A DNA stretch of 42,805 nucleotides, taken from Octopus sinensis (Eukaryota). The DNA lies in NCBI RefSeq assembly GCF_006345805.1, contig NW_021834997.1, positions 1-42,805 on the forward strand. Reading direction: 5' to 3'. The translations under genes and the position numbers were made by a program. This document shows positions 34,803 to 42,805 of this stretch, piece after piece. The first letter of the stretch is position 1, and every line of letters starts with the position of its first letter. The notes below the pieces were generated by a model that was given only the letters and a program-made list of their open reading frames with translations, made no database searches and had not been told where the DNA came from.

Positions 34803-35175
34803 CTTTGTTGTGCAAGATTTTTTATGTGAAGTCGTGTGTTGAAACAGATATTGTTATATTTCGGAATGGTCATTTTGCCAGTTTCGCCAATAAAAACACA
34901 CGCACTATATATTTGGTGTTATTTTGCTTCAGTGTTATTTATTTTTTACATTAATCTTAATCTTATTTCGGCCAGAGTTAGTAAGGAGAGACACAAATAA
35001 GAAAACAAAGGACCAGTGATGCGGTCACAGGAGTGTGACGAAAGAACTCTGGCCAAAATAAGATAAGATTAATGTAAAAAATAAATAACACTGAAGCAAA
35101 GTAACACCAAATATATAGTGCGTGTGTTTTTATTGGCTAAACTGGCAAAATGACCATTCCGAAATATAACAATAT
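34803..35175. mobile_element. PLE pseudo-LTR inverted repeat 2
   Basis: Arms ~34848-34980 / ~35045-35175; hammerhead-like scaffold in the spacer; homologous ORF start MTIPKYNNICFNTRLHIKNLAQQ from ATG 34873 (minus). Confidence 0.65.
35010..35054 (+). ncRNA. Decayed hammerhead scaffold
   Basis: Stem I CCA/TGG; core GTGATGC (2 deviations); stem II GTCAC/GTGAC; GAAA 35040-35043; stem III AG-AA-CT; CUC site. Confidence 0.4.
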
Positions 35176-35214
35176 ATATATATCATTATATATATATATA
35201 TATATATAGGTAAA

Positions 35215-36275
35215 GGAGTACATCTGCTCAGGGCACGCAGTGAATATGTGCTGAGACGTGGATGCTGAAATCTCGTGGAGAAAAAGGGCGAGGCTGAATG
35301 GAAGGTGTTTACTTCAATAAAAGATGTGCTCAAAGCAAAGCTGGACAAAACTATACGTGTCCGACTCTTTAACAACACCGTCCCATATGTGCTCTTATGC
35401 ACAAGTGAGACGTGGGCTATTACGAATAGGAGAGAACATTAATTGGCTGTGGGCACAAAGGGTTATGGGAAAATCCATTCTAGGAATATGACTGCGACAG
35501 CGTATCCGATAGAACGGAGCAGAGGGAGCGACGCGATCGCGGAATACCAAAATGCATTCGAGCTTTGGTGTTGGAGAAGACTTTTACGGATTCCATGGAC
35601 AGCGAGGCTCACCAATGGAGAAGTTCTTAAGCAGATCAGGCCGAAAATGTCGCTAGAAGCTAGGATCACCAAGCATAGATTGGCATATTTTGGTCATATT
35701 ATGCAGAGAAAATCCCTGGAGAAGGACATCATGCTCGGAATGGTCAGTGGCAAGAGAGGAAGAGGCCGACCAATGGAGAAGTTCTTAAGCAGATCAGGCC
35801 GAAAATGTCGCTAGAAGCTAGGATCACCAAGCATAGATTGGCATATTTTGGTCATATTATGAGGAGAAAATCCCTGGAGAAGGACATCATGCTCGGAATG
35901 GTCAGTGGCAAGAGAGGAAGAGGCCGACCAAGAACCCGCTGGCTTGAGTGATACCGGAATGGACATAGCCAATCTGAAAGAAGCGGCCCAGGATAGAACT
36001 GACTGGAGGATACTGATCCAACGAGTAACCGAGAGTCGATTTCGACTGAGCGGATAGATAGAGAAATAAGTTCCACTGAGCTGGACATGTCGCAAATTTC
36101 ACAGACATCGGGTAGATCCGTGCAGCTGTTGGGTGGTGGTCTATAGATCGGGGAAACAACGTTCAGAAGGCCTCCGCGACCATGGGAAGACGATTTAGTT
36201 AAAAGATTTGGCACAAGACGGTAAAGAAGGACGCAATCACGAAAGAATTGGAAGCGCATTGTGACCAGCGGTGTA
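35215..36275 (+). mobile_element. Older RTE-1-like LINE fragment split by the BovB-like insertion
   Basis: Left: AEWKVFTSIKDVL..IRVRLFNNTV...SETW; right: KFH*AGHVANFTD...RRPPRPWEDDLVKRFG..SRKNWKRIV. Confidence 0.65.
35551..36062 (+). mobile_element. BovB-type RTE LINE 3' fragment with one internal 158-bp duplication
   Basis: NAFELWCWRRLLRIPWTARLTN...; same family as the 21-22 kb copies. Confidence 0.88.
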
Positions 36276-37796
36276 TGACAATATTTGATAGTCTGGTCGA
36301 TAGAGTGACATACATACATACATACATGGAAGGCGTAATGGCCCAGTGGTTAGAGCAGCGGACTCACGGTCGGAGGATCGCGGTTGCGATTCCCCGACCG
36401 GGCTTTGTGTGTGTTTATTGAGCGAAAACACCTAAAAGTTCCACGAGGCTCCGGCAGGGGATGGTGGCGACCCCAGTTGTACTCTTTCGCCCCAACTTTC
36501 TCTCACACTTTCTTCCTGTTTCTTGAGTAATGCTGCGATGGACTGGCGTCCCGTCCATACACCATAGAAACCGGGGCCCATGAGCGTGGGTAGGCTTGAA
36601 AAGGGCGACGTTTATCCTTTTTATACATACATACATACATACATACATACATACATACATGCATACATCATACATACATACATACACACACGCGTGTATT
36701 GGTTCAAGGGAGGTAATGCAAACGCCCTTGTTGGAATTAAAGGGAGATAATAAAGGATAATTTGTTGTCAAGGCACAAAACTTCTTGCAATTGAAGAAAT
36801 AACCAAGTACTGAACGAATACAGATCGATTGTAGATCGATGACTGTTCATGACTGATATTTATTTTATCAAGCTTTAGAAAGATGAAAGACAAACGCAAC
36901 ACTGAAGAGATTTAAACCGAGAAAAAGTGAACCAGTTGCTGGTCCTATGAGAGTTTTGTGTGCAAATGACTGATACGGAAAAAGGAAGAATTTCTGAAGT
37001 GTCTTGGACTTCGGTAATCCATATTTCCTTCATCAGAGAATAGGTACAGAATTGGAATTTCATAAAAGTATTCGTGGGTTTGTAAAAATATAAATATGTT
37101 TAAGAATATAGGCGCAGGAGTGGCTGTGTGGTAAGTAGCTTGCTAACCAACCACATGGTTCCAGGTTCAGTCCCACTGCGTGGCATCTTGGGCAAGTGTC
37201 TTCTGCTATAGCCCTGGGCCGACCAATGCCTTGTGAGTGGATTTGGTAGACGGAAACTGAAAGAAGCCCGTCGTATATATGTATATGTATATGTGTGTGT
37301 GTGCGTATATGTTTGTGTGTCTGTGTTTGTCCCCCTAGCATTGCTTGACAACCGATGCTGGTGTGTTTATGTCCCTGTTACTTAGCGGTTCGGCAAGAGA
37401 GACCGATAGAATAAGTACAAGGCTTACAAAGAATAAGTCCCGGGGTTGATTTGCTCGACTAAAGGTGGTGCTCCAGCATGGCCGCAGTCAAATGACTGAA
37501 ACAAGTAAAAGAGTAAAAGAGTAAAAGAGTAATGTACCCATGTGGTGCAATGTAAAACTGCATGTGCAGTATCATGTAAAAGCACCCATGCGGTGTCACG
37601 TAAAAGGGACCCAGTACACTCGTGGGATAGTTGGCGTTAGGAAGGGCATCCTGCTGTGGAAACCAAGCCAAAACAGTGATTGGAACCTGGTGCAGCTCTC
37701 CAGCTTACTAGCTCTGGTCAAACAGTCTAACTCATGCCAGCATGGAAAACAGACGTTTAAATGATGATGACAATGACGATGATACGCATGTATGTA

Positions 37797-37838
<42 letters not shown>

Positions 37839-37840
37839 CA

Positions 37841-37900
<60 letters not shown>

Positions 37901-38083
37901 GTTAGTTATTCTTAGGCGCAGGCGTGGCTATGTGGTAAGAAGCTTGCTTCCAAACCACATGGTTCGGGTTCACTCCCACAGTGTGACACCTTGTGCAAGT
38001 GTCTTCTACCATAGCCTCAGGCTGACCAAAGCCTTGTGAGTAGATTTGGTATACGAAAACTGAAAGTAGCTTGTCGTATACAT

Positions 38084-38147
<64 letters not shown>

Positions 38148-38291
38148 GTGGGCTAACCACTAAGGGTGGATGCTACTGTAGCTTGTAGCCCCAGGAGAAC
38201 ATCTTCTCCAGCTGGCTATTGACACACTTTCTGTGCCCTATCAGTATTTGTAAAGGGAAGCCATCCTTCCCATCATCGACCTGATGTGATA

Positions 38292-38334
38292 TGCATGGAC
38301 TCGGGTTTCTGGGTATTTACCCGTCGTCAGTGCA
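38292..38334 (-). ncRNA. Hammerhead-like motif
   Basis: Minus: TGCA CTGACGA C GGGT-aaat-ACCC A GAAA C-ccga-GTC CA TGCA; intact core and GUC triplet, 2-nt insertion in stem I. Confidence 0.4.
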
Positions 38335-38898
38335 CGGCAATCACCAGTCTTCGATGCGAAGGGGTCCCAATGCAAATACAGATATCCTTTTTCCAGTGAC
38401 ATTTCTGACTTCCTTCTTTACACATAGAGATCTTTTGACCTTATTGACTTTCTGAGATTGTAATCAATGGTCTGTTGAACTTGCTGGATAAATTCAAGTG
38501 TTCTCATGATTTCAGAACATTTAGAATGCTTTTTATGCTTTGATACTGGCGATACATTTAAATCTTCAGTCTCTACTTACAAACTTTATAGACGAAAGAT
38601 CTGGCAACTTTTAAGAATCAAGATATTTCTAAATCTCTATGCTCAGCCTTTATAACCACAATAACAGCATACCTCTTCATTTCTTGAGTAAGCTGAGGGT
38701 CTGCCATTATTATTTTCTGAAACAAAGATTATACAGAGTTAGCAATAAATGCAGCAATGACCCAAAAAAGGTATGTCCTCAAATACCTTACACACCCTGC
38801 ATATATATATATATATATAATAAATATTAGGGAATAAATCCAAATTTACAGGGAAAAAATCAGATTTAGGATTAAATCCAATTTTATAGTAAAATATT

Positions 38899-39168
38899 AT
38901 ATAATATTAATTCGAGACAAAACCACTATTTTGCAAAACAAACAAGGAAAGACTTAATCAATACATAAAAAAATATTAATATAAAGTAAATAAATCGCCA
39001 CTACAATTGTTTCGGATTTCCGATCTTCTAATCAGTTTTAATTTATCCACCTGACGAATGTCATTTGAAGACAGGAAACAATTGTAGTGGCGGTTTATTT
39101 ACTTTATATTAAAATTTTTTTATGTATTGATTAAGTCTTTCCTTGTTTGATCTTGGTTTTGTCTCAAA

Positions 39169-39180
<12 letters not shown>
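38899..39180. mobile_element. PLE-type inverted repeat 3
   Basis: Arms ~38899-39013 / ~39075-39180; hammerhead core at the inner boundary. Confidence 0.6.
39047..39090 (+). ncRNA. Minimal type I hammerhead ribozyme candidate
   Basis: Stem I CCAC/GTGG; CTGACGA 39051-39057; stem II TGTC/GACA; GAAA 39075-39078; palindromic stem III ACAATTGT; GUA site at 39086; A.G mismatch at 10.1-11.1. Confidence 0.65.
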
Positions 39181-39202
<22 letters not shown>

Positions 39203-39361
39203 TAATGTTTGCTTTTGTGTTCAGTTGTAGTAAAATCAATTTTACAGTAATTTGATGGGTTACTCTGCATCAGAAAAGGAAAAAACAAAATGGACATAAA
39301 AAAGAAAATGATGGTGAAAATGGTGACGCCAACAACAAGGATGGTAACAATACTGCAACTG

Positions 39362-39362
39362 T

Positions 39363-39414
<52 letters not shown>

Positions 39415-39542
39415 GGTGGTGGTGGTGGTGGTGACGACGACGACGACGACGATGATGGTGATGATGATGATGGTGGTGGTGGTGGTGGTGGTGGTGGTGG
39501 TGGTGGTGACGACGACGACGACGACGACGACGATGATGATGG

Positions 39543-39597
<55 letters not shown>

Positions 39598-39598
39598 G

Positions 39599-39629
<31 letters not shown>

Positions 39630-39727
39630 TGGTGATGATGATGATGGTGGTGATGATGGTGATGATGGTGATGATGATGATGATGATGGTGATGATGGTG
39701 ATGATGGTGATGATGATGGTGATGATG

Positions 39728-39759
<32 letters not shown>

Positions 39760-39856
39760 GATGATGATGATGGTGATGATGGTGATGATGGTGATGATGA
39801 TGATGACAATGATGATGATGATGATGAGGAGGAGGAGGAGGAGGAGGAGGAGGAGG
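39362..39856. repeat. Compound (GAT)n(GGT)n(GAC)n...(GAG)n trinucleotide tract
   Basis: Direct reading; the GAT-GGT-GAC block repeats three times. Confidence 0.95.
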
Positions 39857-40257
39857 ATATTGTTGTTGCAGCTTTCAGCATGAACTGAACAGACCTTGAA
39901 CCAAACATTCTGATAACAAGGGCCGACGGGGGGGGGGGCTATTTGTGTATTATTTAATATTTTCTTGATCTGGAAGATGGGACAGAACCCATGGCTTTTC
40001 ACAAGAACTTCAAGAGTGGTGCCATTGGTGTCGCTAGTGTTTGGTTTAACGCTTTTCCTTACCGTATTTCGGTTAAAATACACTGCCTTTGGTTCTGTTA
40101 TTTGGAAAATTATAAAGAATTTGTATAAAACAACTTTGCTATTATTAAGCCGGTCTTTTGGAACATAACATGAAATTTTGGGCAAGATTTTAATTTTGAT
40201 CAAGTTAACCCTTTCCCTGTCTTTATACTGAAATACATTAATTGAAACCAGGGCCAG

Positions 40258-40630
40258 ATTAGTTAGTTAGTTAGTTAGTTAATTAATTTTTTGGCTCAAA
40301 AAGCGAAAAGCAAGGCCATGTAGGGGGACATGGAGTTATGTACAGGGAGGGTGTTCATGTAAAGAGTTCAGGCCACTTGAGGTCCAGGGAGGCTTTGAAC
40401 AAAGCGGTTGTCGGCATCTTTACCATCTCGTCTGGCAGCTTATTCCACGGATCAGCAACCCGGACGGAGAAAGCCCCCTCTCCTTCGATTGAGATGAAAA
40501 CGTCGTAGATAGAGCTTTTCGGAATGACCCCCGCAGCTGATGCTCTGGAGCAGGAGTGAAGAACAGCTCTTTCGAGAGGTTACACTTTCCGCTTATGATG
40601 TGATTAAGACCCATAGAGGCTCTAAGCACT
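40258..40630 (-). mobile_element. CR1-clade LINE 3' end, different family
   Basis: Minus frame AFSVRVADPWNKLPDEMVKMPTTALFKASLDLKWPELFT*; (TAAC)n tail. Confidence 0.75.
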
Positions 40631-41068
40631 TAAAAGGTTTTGGTGCCCTCAAGTATATGCAAATGGTTCAAAATGTAAACAAAAATAATTTTAAATGTAA
40701 ACAGTAATAAACCATAAAATTAATTTTTATTTTCCAAAATGAAACGAAATTAACAGTGAGATGGAAAATAATGTTGGTTTTTGTATAATTCCATTTTATT
40801 AATATTTGAAAAGTTTTCTCTGTTTAAAAAAATTTAATTGTAAAGTGTTTTACTCTTTTACTCTTTTACTTGTTTCAGTCATTTGACTGCAGCCATGCTG
40901 GAGCACTGCCTTTTAGTCGAGCAAATCAACCCTGGGACATATTCTTTGTAAGCCCAGTACTTATTCTATCGGTCTCTTTTGCCGAACCGCTAAGTGACGG
41001 GGATGTAAACACACCAGCATCTGTTGTCAAGCAATGCTAGGGGGACAAAAACACACACAAAACATTAT

Positions 41069-41109
<41 letters not shown>

Positions 41110-41469
41110 TATATATATACGACAGGCTTCTTTCAGTTTCCGTCTACCAAATCCACTCACAAGGCATTGGTCGGCCCAGGGCTATAGCAGAAGACACTTA
41201 CCCAGGTGCCACGCAGTGGGACTGAACCCGGAACCATGTGGTTCGTAAGCAAGCTACTTACCACACAGCCACTCCTGTGCCTATGATGATGTTTGATGAT
41301 TTTGTTAAAATTAATTTTACGTAAAACTTCTGCTTCTGTATTTAGTAGAGATGAGGCATTACGAATATTATTTTAGCAAGTTTAAAGTGATTTCATTTGT
41401 GCTGTAGACCATTTTCACTTCTGTGGTGCACCCTCCTTCCCTCGATGTCTTATATGATGAGGAAAGGTC

Positions 41470-41630
41470 AAGATCAAAAAGTCAACAGAAGAAAAGATAG
41501 ATGGTTATGTGCAGACCGTTCTGAAGTTCCAAATGTTATGCATACAAAATTTCCCGCAACTGTCATGGTCTTAGGGGTTGTCAGCAATGAAGGACATGTG
41601 GTGCCTCCTTACTTCTTTCCACAAGGCCTT
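41470..41630 (+). mobile_element. DD37D (maT-like) transposase fragment
   Basis: RKDRWLCADRSEVPNVMHTKFPATVMVLGVVSNEGHVVPPYFFPQGL. Confidence 0.7.
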
Positions 41631-42089
41631 AATTTGCTTAATGGGTTAATCCAGCACTGATTGAAACAACAGTAATTGGAATTGCTTCAATTAATTTTGA
41701 AAATAAAGAAGAATTTAGTAAAATTTCTGTCTTTATTAAGCAGGAATTTTGAATATAAATTAACATCAAATTTTGATGGAATGTTTCAATTTAGATCACT
41801 TTAAACATTTTTGTTACCATTTTTCTAATTAAGATACATTGGATTTGTTCCAATAAATTTTGGAGATAATACTCTTTTTTTTCTTTTTACTCTTTTACTT
41901 GTTTCAGTCATTTGACTGAGGCTATGCTGGAGCACCACCTTTAGTCGACGCCCCAGGACTTATTCTTTGTAAGCCTAGTACTTATTCGATCAGTCTCTTT
42001 TGCCGAACTGCTAAGTTACAGGGACGTAAACACACCAGCATTGGTTGTCAAACGATGTTGGGGGGACAGACACATACACACAAACATAT

Positions 42090-42132
<43 letters not shown>

Positions 42133-42403
42133 CGACGGGTTTTTCAGTTTCTGTCTACCAAATCCACTCACAAGGCTTTGGTAGTGGTGATGGTGGTGGT
42201 GGTGGTGGTGGGGTGATGATGATGACGATGATGACAATGATGGCTGGTGTCTCAAATACTGGAGACTGGATTCCTATTAAATCTTACTTTAGAGTCATCA
42301 GTCAAAGGACAAAAGTAGCAACTTCTGAACTGAAAAGATAAACTTATTTTAAATATTCATACATACGTGTGTGTGTGTGTGTGTGTATTTGAATAGATGC
42401 ATG

Positions 42404-42469
<66 letters not shown>

Positions 42470-42805
42470 GCGTTAGGAAGGGCATCCAGCTGTAGAAACA
42501 ACTGCCACACTGACTGGCTGGTGCAGCCTTCGGGCTTCCCAGACCCAGTTGAACCGTCCAACCCATGCTAGCATGGAAAGCGGACGTTAAACGATGATGA
42601 TGATGATGATGATGATATATATATAGACCATCAGATGTTGTTACACAATGCGTTCGCATTGTTTTTAGCCTTCGAATGACGCCACCTCGCTGGCTAAGCA
42701 AGCAGGCCAACAGAAGAAAGAGTGGTGAAAGAGTACAGCAGGGATCACCACCCACTGCCGGAGTCGCGTCAAGCTTTTAGGTGTTTTTGGTCAATAAACA
42801 CTCAC

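Noticed and set aside
38150-38220. Possible twister ribozyme (GGCTACAAGC...AGTAG on minus)
   Set aside because: No room for P4'/P2' between AAGC and the putative T1 partner; the GA-T1 element is missing
39202-40203. 333/212/197-aa poly-I/S/M/V/T ORFs (similarly 24520-24946, 16447-16888, 22364-22954)
   Set aside because: Tri-, tetra- and dinucleotide repeat translations

Overview
AT-rich, repeat-dense animal genomic DNA. The SINE families and extreme microsatellite load suggest an octopod cephalopod (inference). One clear host gene is present: SNF8 (VPS22/EAP30, ESCRT-II), + strand, 8 coding exons from 7708 to 22372, 244 aa, all introns GT-AG. Its exon 4 occurs twice, in a 636-bp tandem duplication. 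A GC-rich uninterrupted ORF of unknown function (30780-31508, minus) has a partial CBM48/AMPK-beta-like N-terminal motif. The rest is transposon-derived: five SINE-like families (my labels A-E), BovB-like and RTE-1-like LINEs, CR1 3' ends, a decayed DD36E (Incomer-like) Tc1 element, DD37D and mariner fragments, hAT/piggyBac/Helitron-like MITEs, and mini- and microsatellites. The least obvious signal is a set of about eight minimal type I hammerhead-ribozyme-like motifs. Four sit at the inner ends of three long inverted repeats that look like Penelope-like-element (PLE) pseudo-LTRs, three lie on the sense strand of SNF8 introns, and one family has a covarying U3-A8 core. All calls are by eye. 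Repeat boundaries are approximate, and no ribozyme activity or database match has been verified.
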